This document shows positions 36,570-47,300 of a stretch of 64,000 bases of DNA, piece by piece. Source of the DNA: Callorhinchus milii (lineage: Eukaryota). The stretch lies in NCBI RefSeq assembly GCF_018977255.1, contig NW_024704843.1:1-64000 (forward strand), given 5' to 3'. Both the position numbers and the translations under genes were made by a program. The notes under the pieces were generated by a model. It made no database searches and was not told the origin of the DNA. It saw nothing but the letters and a program-made list of their open reading frames with translations. Position 1 is the first letter of the stretch; each line of letters opens with the position of its first letter.

Positions 36570-37293
36570 CTGGAATAGATTAAACGATAGGTCATGTTTT
36601 GCTCCATGGACATAAATATTGCTATGTGAAGTTTATACCAATATTGAAAAAAAATTGAGATCAGCCACGATATGGACACTTCTCACTCATTGACCTTTCT
36701 ATATTCCTAGTCAAGATAATCTTATCTTTTTTTTCCTTCAGAAAGATAGAAATTATGTAACCTACTCAATCACTGCTTTTGATATATTCCACTAAATCAG
36801 CAATCGGGAAATGAGTGTGGTACCATTAGACCGTAGAAGGTTTTCTGTGATGTCAGTGTTCAAATATCCTGGAGAAGAAAACTGAGTTGCCCATGTCTAC
36901 GATGCTGATTGTTCTACCCTTAACATTAATGATAATAATTATTGCTGCGTTCCATATAGTGCCTCATCACTTCCTCGGGACGTCTCCAAGTGCTTTACAG
37001 ACAATGCTGTCGTGTCAATTAATTTTTCTCTGTGGCTGAAACGAGGCAGCCAGTGGCGCCCAGGAGATACACCAACTCACTGACAACCCGGTCCCGACTT
37101 ACTGCTGGATAAGCAGAGGCGAGTGATGTAAAAAAAGTGCCCAACATCTTGCTCTGTCTGGGAAACGAATCCACGTCTGTCGCTTGCAACGCCAGGGCTC
37201 TAACCACTGAGCTACAGGCCTCCGGTGTAAATATCAAAGGACACTGAGAGCCACGTTGCTGCCATGTGTACCAGCTGCTGCTGTTCCTCCTAC

Positions 37294-37622
37294 CTGTTGG
37301 GGTGGTGATGTTCTTGACAATGATGGTCTGGGTGGGTTCATGGGACACCTGGCAGGTGTAAACCGCGCCAGTGCCCACTCTCTGGCGGGGACCGTCAGGC
37401 GGCTGCTGCTGCTGAATGTCCCGTTGTCCTCTTTAGCCGAGGGAGAGGTCACAACACCTGAGGTGATGGGTTCCCAGTCTTTCAGCCATTTAACACTGAG
37501 TTTGTCCGGACGGAAGCTGTTTATTGAGCAGACAGCAGTGGCCTGGTTGTGTATTTTGATTTCTGCAGGGGAAGGCTGTGTGAGGAACACAACTGGGGGC
37601 AATGGTTTCGGTTGTACATTCC
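37294..37622 (-). CDS. IgM CH2-like exon a (first C exon) with a 1-nt deletion frameshift
   Basis: tttcag|GG AAT...ACA G|gtagg, 329 nt (not a multiple of 3). Close paralog of exon b. The frame breaks at the G3 run (plus-strand ccc 37374-37376) just after REW. Confidence 0.88.
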
Positions 37623-38029
37623 CTGAAATACATTGAATAATACGTTATGTTACGTTAAAAATATATTGCGTTAGGTGTAATTGGTATTAATATGAAAACA
37701 GACATTGATCTCAACCATGATGTGGATACTTGCCTCTAATTCACTTATCTCTTTCAACCTTCCCAGTTCAAATTTATCTTTAGAAAAATAAACATTGCAA
37801 TCTCCTCAATCGTTTTGTCTGATGCTTTGCATTGAACTCTAAGCTGAGCTTGGAGTTGGCAACTCTTCTATTCCCCTTTCCCTGTTTGTCACGGAAAATC
37901 GTTAGGTCTTCTTCTTTCGAACTGAACCGCGTGAAATGATTCCTATTCCGTTCGTATCTGCACTTTATCTCCGAGAAAAGCAGCTCTCGGGAAATGAAGG
38001 CAACAGGAATAGGCCATTAAGCTAATGTC

Positions 38030-38230
38030 TGTATGGCTGTTTGTGTGTGTGTGTTTGTTTGTGTGTGTGTGTGTGTGTGCATGCATGAAGATCCCATGAC
38101 GTATTCAAAAAGAGATGGCAATTTCTCTCTCTCTCTCTCTCTCAATCTCTCTCACACTCTCTCTGTCTCTCCCCCCCCCCCCAACCCCCCAAACACACAC
38201 ATTCTCTCTCTCTCTTTCTCTCCAACTATG
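38030..38230. repeat. (TG)n and (TC)n microsatellites
   Basis: Direct inspection. Confidence 0.9.
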
Positions 38231-38676
38231 TCTTTCCATCTCGTTCTCTGTTTTCCGCGCCCTCGTCAACAATCCCCCCAAATAAAATCGGCCAAACTCT
38301 CTACGCCTGTTTGTGCGGATTTGCTTTACGAATCGGACTGTTGACGTTTTGGCCACAAAATTCAGTCAACGCACTTTACATTCAATCCTGTGATGCGCTT
38401 TGTGGCCTATCTCCGCCGTGAGAGGCACTGTAGCTAATGCAATGATTATTATTTTATTGGTGTGTTCATGTCTGTGTGCGTACTTGTTCCAGCAAAGCAT
38501 CCCAGCTGGAGTTTGTGCTGAGACCAAGGTTTTCATACATAACGGTTTAAGGAGAAATGTAGCCTTCATATATTTGTAATCTTTATCAACGTTTGTACGG
38601 CCAGAGCTGCACTGTGCACTTGTAGCGCGCGGTGAGGAGTGCGCTTTGTAGAGCAGCTCCTGAATTGGCTCCAACG

Positions 38677-39004
38677 TTATAATAATAATAATAATAATCC
38701 TTGCAATTCATATAGCGCTTTTCATGTCAGGAGGACATCCCAAAGCGCTTCACAGAACACACTGTAAAGTGAATTGACTGTATATTTGTGGACGAACGCG
38801 GCAGCCAATTGCACACAGCAATGTCCCACAAACAGTCGTAGATTGAAAATGACCAATTTATTATTGTTTTTGGTTTTGGAGGGATTATTATTAGGCTCTG
38901 TGTGGAGTAAGGAAACTTGCCCAAGGTTTGGCCCTCTGCCTGGAATTGAACTCAGGTCTCCCGCTTGCAAAGCGAGTGCTCTAACCACTGAGCTACAGGA
39001 CTCC
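38677..39004 (-). mobile_element. tRNA-derived SINE, full length
   Basis: Reverse complement of the family consensus. Confidence 0.92.
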
Positions 39005-39154
39005 ACGTTAAAAAAATTGCCAGTTTAAATTTAGTATCCCAATAATGTTGGCTCAAGTGTGACTTTTGTATGAGAGAGAAATTGCTAATTTACACAGCAG
39101 AGCATCGACTTCCTTTCCCTCTCTCTCTCTCTGTGTTTATCTCTGTCTGCCTGA

Positions 39155-39420
39155 CTGAAAAATAAATAAATAAAGAAATAAAGAAAGAAAGCAAAAAACA
39201 AGAAAGAAAGTAAGAAAGAAATAAAGAAATAAAGAAATAAAGAAATAAAGAAATAAAGAAATAAAGAAATAAAGAAATAAATCAAGAAACAAATAAAGAT
39301 ATAAATAAATAAATAAATACATGGATACATAGATGCATAGATACATAAATTAATAAATAAATAAATAAATGGTAAATAGATAAATAAATGAATAAATGAA
39401 TAGATAAATAGATACAAATC
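39155..39420. repeat. (AAGAAATA)n/(AAAT)n simple repeat in the J-C intron
   Basis: Direct inspection. The F/L/Y-rich ORFs over it are artefacts. Confidence 0.92.
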
Positions 39421-41616
39421 GATATATTAATGCAGAGCTATCTGTATGTGAACCTGGTGTCAGTGACTGTGCATCGACTGTGAAGAAACTCAAAGTCACC
39501 TCCTGACCAGTTTCAATTTTGAAACACGGAGCAACAGACGGTGGTTATAACGTTAATTTTAAATCATTTCAGGCCAAAATGTTCACTGGTCTTACGCCGA
39601 TTAACTTCGTTTTCAGAGTTAAAGTCGTGCGGCATTTAAAAAAACACCTCAAATAAAAATTTTGCTTCCATTTTCAAATCGTCCACTGGATTCACCAAAA
39701 AATATCGATCCAAGGATATTCAGACATGTGGATCATCTTGCGTTTTTATCCAATATTCCGAAAATTTTAAAAAATATATTTTTTCTTGTTCCGACATATA
39801 CTAAAACAAGTTACTCTGTTCAGATTGGTTACAGATTCGCCGCAGCCAATTTGCCACCTGTCAGCTGCTAAGTGGTATTAAAATAGTACATTAATTATTA
39901 ATAATAATAATTCATCCATTTGATATAGTGTCTTATCGACACTTTCGAGATATCTCAAAGCGTTTTACAGACTAAACTGTGAGGTGAATAGTCCGAAAAA
40001 TTTCAGGGCGGAAAATATTTGTTTGACTGTTGAAGAATTTTGGTCCCTGTTAAATATTTTGTCAACACAATTGCAGAGACCATATAATGGGCAGATTCAG
40101 TGTTCAGATGAGGAATGAAGGACTCTAATCAGTGTTGTGCCCAATACAAGTCTCTCACAGGGGATCCTGTCTGATTGGTGAATGTGACCTACGGAACCTG
40201 CAACAGCTGCTGCACAGCGCTAAATACAGACGCAGAAATAACCACATTTACGAGTAATTGTGTCACACAGCTGCACCGAAAAGGTTAAATAAAAAGAGAA
40301 GTCGCTGTCTTAGGATTTGTTGTCAATGGCGCTGCATTGCATTGCAGCTGCAAAACACGTTTACTTTCATATTTCGGAATAAAATAATCATATTATTTGC
40401 CTTTCATTTAGCGCCTGATTACATCTTCGAGAATTCGCAATGCGCTGCGCAGAATACACTGCAAAACTGTTGCTGGTAAATGTGCATCTGTTTCCTCTTT
40501 CCTGCACCCACGACCATTTTATCGTCATTGATCAATAAATTTTGTTCACATCTGAGATCCCAATAAACAACTATTAATAAACAACGAGAGATCATTATAT
40601 CTCTAATTTAAGATTTTGCGGAAGTGTGTAATAATCTTAAATTTACTTAAAATTTAGAGTACCGGTTCCTCTTCAGAACTCGAGTCAACCTCTTTCAGAA
40701 ATCAAACCGAATTTGACGATTATTCACAATTCTCCGCGAATTTACACTTTAGCACATGTTCTCCTTACAGCCTGAGGGACAATCGTAGCCCCATCTCGCA
40801 TCACAAACACAAAGTGTTTCCGTTCATTAACCCACACGTTACTCTATATTCTCTTTCTCTCTGAGAGACTGAAGGTTTCAATTACTGCACAGCAGCTCCC
40901 ACACTATCCTTCCACATCACACACATAGCATTATATATGATGCAATTTAACTCGGTCACAAATCCCTGCAGCACAAACACTTACATAGAATAACTAAATC
41001 ATATATTTACAGTCAAATGAGAAAAGGCCACTTTCACCCTCATCTCTGCCGACTCTGCAGTTTGAGATGATCTTCTCTGAATTCACAAATTTGGTATCAC
41101 TGATCAGTGTCGCTGTGCGTTAAACATCTCAATGAACAAATGGTAAGGTTTGAACAGCAGGCTCTTGCACTGCAGCTGGATATGTTACATTGCAGCCTGC
41201 TGTGCAAACTTTACCATGTGTTTATTGAACATATCTGTGTTTTTCTACACAACGTTTATTACAAAACAGGAAGTTGATGTTTACAGATCAACAACGACCC
41301 CTTGTGTCTCTGAACACTGTGAGAAATCGAGGTCCTGTTCACTCAATCGCTGTTAAAATCAAGTGAAATGAAGTCAGTGCTTAAGGTGTCGCTGAATAAA
41401 ATCGTGACCGATGTATGTGGTGCAGCTGAAGGAATGAGATTGTGAGCAACACATTAGTGCTGATAATAAAATAATGACCTTCACTATTATTTCTGTAACA
41501 TTGGAGTCGATTGAGCTGCTGTATTCTCAATCACATCACTGCAATATAAACCGCTTTATTCTCAGTGTCATCCCCTACGCATACGAGTCATTCTAAATCG
41601 CAACCAATTTCCTTAT

Positions 41617-41953
41617 GTTAAACAATGGATTTAAATACATAATAATAATAATCCTTGCATTTGATGTCGTGTTTTTCGCATCTCTTTGACGTCTCAAAGC
41701 ACTTCACAGAATAGACTGTAAAGTTAATTGACTGTATATTTGTGGGTGAAACGCGGCAGCCAATTGCGCACAGCAGTGTCCCACCAAAAGTCGTGATTGA
41801 AAATGACGAATTTATTATATTACTGTTTTGGTTTTTGGAGGGATTATTGTCAGAAATTGTAAGGAAACTTTCCCAAGATTTCGTCCTACCTTGAATAGAA
41901 ACCAGGTCTCTCGCTTGGAAGGCGAATACTCTAACCACTGAGCTATAGGACGC
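41617..41953 (-). mobile_element. tRNA-derived SINE, divergent copy
   Basis: Head, body and tail are homologous to the family. Confidence 0.85.
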
Positions 41954-42373
41954 CACACAGTTATTCTCAACTGCTGTTGGAAGCGATCAGATAACATTCC
42001 CATCACTCATCCCACCACATTTCTGGCCCTAATTCCCAAAGAATGGGCACAGTTTCAAACACTTTTGCACACTTAAACACCGAAACCCAGCAGCCGCCAG
42101 TCACCGCAATAAGAAAGTCCATCAGATTGACCTCTGCTGGATCTTCACAAACCACTAGAAATATCACCAACAATTACCTAAATATTGAGAGAGTAATCCA
42201 TAATGGAACAGTTGCTGTTGAAAGCAATAACAGATAAATACTTTCAAGTTGGATTAAAGTGTGAGATAGCCTGCAACACGGAGTTCATTACATTAACAAG
42301 CTGCTAAAGTGAAGAAAACGAATATATAAAGAGACCCGTTCACTGAAGTGAGTGAGTTAGTGTCTGTTCTTAC

Positions 42374-42427
42374 CGTCAGTCACCGTCACCGCTGTGCCTT
42401 GTCCCCAGTAGTCAGGGCTGCTGCAGT
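42374..42427 (-). other. IGHJ: IgH J segment (CSSPDYWGQGTAVTVTD)
   Basis: WGQG motif, G|GTAAG donor at 42373. Putative RSS: heptamer CACTGTG 42428-42434, 23-bp spacer, nonamer TCAACAACT 42458-42466 (non-consensus). Confidence 0.88.
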
Positions 42428-42803
42428 CACTGTGCTGCAGTCAGTGGGCTGCTCACTTCAACAACTGCTGAGTGGGCAGACCACATAAAAACAATATTGC
42501 TGTAAGTGTTGGCTTTCCCAAACCACACACAGATCACGATATGTGTCTGTCATGTTCTGAAAACAATTGCTCGGCTCTGCGTTTACCTTTTAAATGTTTG
42601 TGTCTTTGTCAGTTTGCTGTGTTCGTGCCAAACCACGTTTCTTCTCACCAACAGGTTGAAGAATAAATCCGATGTTTTATGTCGTTTAAAATCTCGTGAA
42701 ATCCTCGGGGTTCAGCAACATATTAGAAGAACCAAATCCCCGCAATTTCAGTGGGTCCCACACAAGCGAATAGTGAGAGAGATTAGCTGGTTTGTTGTTG
42801 AAG

Positions 42804-42869
42804 GGTTTTTGTATTGACAGTGAATGCTGTGGTTCCAGTATCACAGTGATACACAATGTGACAAAAACT
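42804..42869 (-). other. IgH D2 segment (ATACTGGAAC, 42832-42841) with 12/12 RSS
   Basis: Plus strand GGTTTTTGT-12-TGCTGTG-[D]-CACAGTG-12-ACAAAAACT. Confidence 0.9.
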
Positions 42870-43179
42870 GCACAAGACGGACTGACAAACACTGACGTGG
42901 AATTTGACATAAAATCTGGATCTCAGTTCAAATTCTCCAGTGAGGCCACGTGTGATGTTTAAGTCAAAATAAATTCTTATGTTCATCAGAGACTTTGGAT
43001 TCTTCTTAAAGCAGCTCAGCACACCTCAAATTTGTTTCGTATCGCACTGTAATATAAATTAAACTTAATTAATTTGCTAAACATCAGGTTATTTCCGAGA
43101 ATGACCCACGTTCAGTAACATTAATATGAGAGCTGTGGATGTTGTAGTGATGACAGTGATTATCATATTTTCTCTCTGG

Positions 43180-43257
43180 GGTTTTTGTATGAGGAGGTAA
43201 CTGTGTGCAGCATTGTGATCTGTTGTATACACAGTGATACAGTCCCATACAAATACT
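43180..43257 (-). other. IgH D1 segment (TATACAACAGAT, 43218-43229) with 5' 12-RSS and 3' 22-RSS
   Basis: Plus strand GGTTTTTGT-22-CATTGTG-[D]-CACAGTG-12-ACAAATACT. Confidence 0.9.
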
Positions 43258-43671
43258 GATCCCCCAATGTCTGCTCCACACTGACAGCCAAAATTTACTT
43301 GAAGGGACTATTCCCCTCTAACATGACACAGAGGATATAGATTAGTGTTTTGATATCCACAGAAACAGAAAGCAATTATTTCCATCACCTTGTAACAAAA
43401 TGATGTTTGTGAACCGTAACATAGACAGTCTCCATTCGCAATCCTTCCCGCCTCAACAGCACAGTGTCACTCACCATCTGAAATCACAGAATAATGCAGC
43501 ACAAATAAGGAATTCATTCACCCCAATCAAACCACGATTCACTGTGTAGGTTTAGTCTGAGACTAAATCCATTTTCAGCTTCTCCTTTAAACTTGGCTAC
43601 AGATACAGCATTGACCCCATGGATGTCCATCAGTCAGTTTAGGGTGGGAGGGGCTGCCTTTCCTCCCCCTG

Positions 43672-43710
43672 TGTATTTGTAGAAGTTCAGCCCAGTTCCC
43701 TCTCACTGTG
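43672..43710 (-). promoter_or_regulatory. V 23-RSS
   Basis: CACAGTG, 23-nt spacer, ACAAATACA directly after YYCGAY. Confidence 0.93.
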
Positions 43711-44022
43711 AGTAAGCTCCACAGTAGTACGTCGCGGTGTCCTCCACTCTCGGGCTTTTGATGATCAGATCGAAGATGTTATTGGAATTCTCTCTGACGA
43801 CAGTGACGCGGTTTCCAACACCGGACTCGAAACTGTTGCTGGATCTGTAGTCAGAAGTCAGGAGCTTTTCCCGCTGCTTCCCGGGAAGCTGCCGGTACCA
43901 GTACATACAGTAGTAGTAGCTGTCGTGATCAAATCCGCTGGTTCTGCAGGTCAGTCTCAGGGACTGGCCGGTTTTTCCGGTGAGAGTCGGCGGCTGTGTC
44001 AGCGACCCGCTAGCCTGGACAC
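43711..44022 (-). CDS. IGHV: IgH V exon, single-domain (VHH-like) type
   Basis: ttacag|GT GTC CAG GCT...; open frame SGSLTQPPTLTGKTGQSLRLTCRTSGFDHDSYYYCMYWYRQLPGKQREKLLTSDYRSSNSFESGVGNRVTVVRENSNNIFDLIIKSPRVEDTATYYCGAY. Canonical Cys, Trp and YYC are present. Confidence 0.93.
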
Positions 44023-44138
44023 CTGTAAGGAATAAAGCACTGAAGATGAGTGATGGTGAAATCTCCTGTCTCTGTCACATTGCAAGGAGAACAGTTCCCA
44101 CACAGCAAAAGTGAGAACGTCAGAATAGTAGCACTTAC

Positions 44139-44184
44139 AGGAGAAGGCAGCCAGCAGCAGACTGAGCGAAATGAGGAATTTCAT
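44139..44184 (-). CDS. IGHV: IgH leader exon (MKFLISLSLLLAAFS+C)
   Basis: 46-nt exon with GTAAG donor and a 116-nt intron, in frame with V. Resembles shark VH leaders (ISLSLLL). Confidence 0.9.
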
Positions 44185-44275
44185 GCTTCTCGACACTTAT
44201 CAGAACTCAAACCTGTGCCGAATAACCGAGGGCCAGAGAGCAGCCGGACAGTTGGCCTCATTCCCCAGTGACCGC

Positions 44276-44350
44276 TATTTAACAGAGGCCACTGGGTCAG
44301 GGGTTTGAGAATCAACCAATAGATCCAGGACTGAGGGGAGTGACGTGTCA
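44276..44350 (-). promoter_or_regulatory. Putative VH promoter: TTAAATA (44276-44282), CCAAT box (44316-44320), CRE/TCR-beta-decamer-like AGTGACGTGTCA (44339-44350); no octamer seen
   Basis: Motifs lie 90-170 nt upstream of the leader ATG. Chondrichthyan VH promoters are known to lack the octamer and carry a TCR-beta-like decamer. Confidence 0.5.
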
Positions 44351-47300
44351 CATTCCTTCTGACCTGCACAGATCATTAATCAATAATATTAACTGTATAT
44401 TCTGCATTTACAGCAAATCAATATAAATGTATGTCTGAATCGTATGAGACATAGCGTTGACTCTGAATCATCTTCAATTGCTTCATTCCATGTATTTGTC
44501 AAAATGTGTGTTTTGGGGTCAATTCAAACCATATCTGCGGAAACACTATTTCAGACAGTTAGTAATAAGTATTTGGAACACGCTCCCTGAGATGATGGTT
44601 TAAGAAGAAATTATTCATTATTTTAAAAGTAAATTAGGTATTACTTTTCGGAAATAATATCGGGGAACTTAGTATGTTATTTGGAATATTATAGGTGCAT
44701 TATGTGTAATATGTTCTTATTATAACAAAAATGATCATTATTCATGAAGTATTATTATAATCCTTGCGATTCATATCGTGCCTTCTTCAGTAATTAAAAG
44801 GTCGCAAAGTGTTTTAGAAAATATATTGCACAGTGGAGTGAATGTGCATTTTATGGCCAAAAATTTATATTGTTTCATATGTTGGAGGAATCCCGAACAA
44901 GTGGCATAATCTGAAATATCAGCAAGGTCATTTAGGAGTGAAAAGCAAAGCCAAAAATGTCGTGTTTATCTGGAAATCTCGCCTTCAAATGTCTGTGGAC
45001 GTTGGATCCCGTCATATTTTTAAGATTGTGATGTAAAATATTTGATATTGATTGTATTAAGGGATCAGTGGCAAAGGCGGTTATTTTGACTTGAGGTTAA
45101 GACCGGCTATGATCTTAAAAAAATCCCAATGTACGTTTTCTTACTCATACTATTTCTCTCTTTTCTCCTACTATAATAATAATGATAATCCTTGCTTTTG
45201 ATGTAGCGCTTTTCACCTCTACTAGACGTCGGTAAGCGCTTCAGGGAGTATGTTGTAAGGTGAATTGACCGTACATTTGTGAGCGAACTACTTTAGAAGA
45301 AGCCTCCTTTGCTAAACTGCTTTAGACGAGGCCTATTTTGGTTTCTGCTAACAACATTTATCTTTGGTCTCATGGAAAACTTATACAAATTCAGCACGAA
45401 GCACACTTCTAGAATTATTCCTTATTATATTTGTTCCCCATATTTACTGAAATCAAAAAAAGGATTGGTGATGAAGTAATGTAATGAGTGTGAATGATTT
45501 GATGTGTATATTGATGCGTTCACGCCAGTCATGAAACCATCACTTGAGTGAGAAGCCGAATGGCGAGAGCTGCTGATGGAATCTGAGCCAAGTGAAATGC
45601 AGGGACAATCACATTCCTTTGGGACGAGGGAAGAAGAAATTGAAGTAGAAAACCGACAAGAAAAATGTGATGTGAAGTTTCAATTAGAAGTGATATCAGT
45701 GGAGCACTTCTCCAACTCACATATCCTTACTCCACCAACCTGTTTACCAAGGTAAGAAGGAAACCGGTTGTAATTCCGTTAGCAGATCACTATTCTTGGG
45801 TTGTTAATCTCCTGTCAAATGCTAATGATTTGGTCAGTGAACTCACAATTGTTTGTTGAACTTTGCGCAGTGCAATTTATTGCCGCGTTTCTACAACAAA
45901 ATGCGCAGTCAATTCAAATCGTATTATTATCCGTGAAGCATTTTGAGATGCCTCGAATTCGTGAGAGGCTATTACTTCAATTGCAAGGATTATTAACTTA
46001 TGAATACTGGCAGTTGCCAGTAACCGTGAGCAAATTCTAATAGGGATTCTGATCAGACACTGTTTGTTTTGCTCCCTGTCTGTTTTATGGATTATTACCC
46101 AGTAAATTGAAAAAAATAATTGTTTTCTTTTTACAAGTGGTGTCACAGATTATTTAAAGTCCACCTGATTCTGGAGAGAGGACTCGGTTTGATGACACAG
46201 AGAACCAGTCATTGCTGTGATCTCAGATCCCAACATGAACCCCCCACCTTGTCTGAGAGTAACGGGACGTACCTTGCATCCTGGAAATTGCAGTATTTTG
46301 GTTTGTAATTCTCTCTGGCCCATTAGACAGTCACACAGGCAATCTCTGACCAGCACCAAAGTCCCATCGTTAGATCAGATCAAAGCGCATAGATTGTGGA
46401 TTCCTGAAGCTCAGTGGTTGAGGCACTTGCCTCACAAGCGAGAGGACTCAGATTGGATTCCCGAGCAGAGCCAAATGTGGGGCAAGTTTCTTTATTCCAC
46501 GCTCTTGACCTTGTTTACCGAGCAGTAGGTAGTCGTTTGATAGTGAATTAGCGTATTCCTTTTCCTGGGATAATAATCCCTTCAATGGAAAATAATAATG
46601 CACTGAATTTGGAGGCACTGACTAGTAAGACAAGAACTTCTATCTTACAGCAAACTTATCAAAGCACAACACATATTCTCACTCGACAGATATATATATC
46701 AATGTAACGGTTCACAAACAATGTGGCAGAAAAGGATTCCATGAGCGACTGATTAACAAAATCTTCCAGCATTGAAGGAAAGTGAAGTATAATATAATTT
46801 AAAGTTATATAATAATCGTTGGATTTATATAAAATTGCATCGTTGAAGCGTCTCAAAAGGCAACACAGAATATACTGTAAAAGTGTACTAGTGACAGTAA
46901 ATATTGAGAGCGAAAAACGGCAGGCAATAGCGTTATTTTTTATCCTTGTTATTTATGATTGTTATTCAAGACACTTACTTTAATGACATTTGCATTTGTT
47001 GACTCTGAGTACAATCCTGGTGGTCTCAGTGCCTCGGCGGTGTGTCGGAGAAGAAAGAGTAACATTTGACATAATTTGGAATCAGCCAAATATAATCATC
47101 ATTTGAAAAGAATAACAATTTAGAGCATGCGAAAAAGGTCATTTTATTATTTCTTTTTTTTTTGCATTGATGCGTTTCTTTTTATTGATAGTGTTTTCCG
47201 CTCAGTAGTTGATAATGGTTCCTATTGTATCTGTGGAATCGCCAAGGCCGCTGGACCTGCTCTGGCTTTTGTGGTAATTCTGACTGCATTTCTCCGCTTT

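Noticed and set aside
39085-39417. Hydrophobic F/L/Y/I-rich ORFs that look like membrane proteins
   Set aside because: Translation of the (TTTA)/(TTTC) microsatellite.
43460-43546. Extra perfect heptamers (CACAGTG 43460-43466, CACTGTG 43540-43546) between V and D1, suggesting a third D
   Set aside because: No nonamer at 12 or 22/23 bp from either heptamer, and the interval is too long for a D.
34617-44184. Identification as IgNAR, IgW or a TCR locus
   Set aside because: The tailpiece GKPSFVNISL..MDTVN.CQ, CH3/CH4 sequences, a VH-type leader, a full-length CDR2 region, WGQG J and the 2-D layout all fit IgM. IgNAR V lacks most of CDR2 and has a different tail. No TCR constant or FGxG J was seen.
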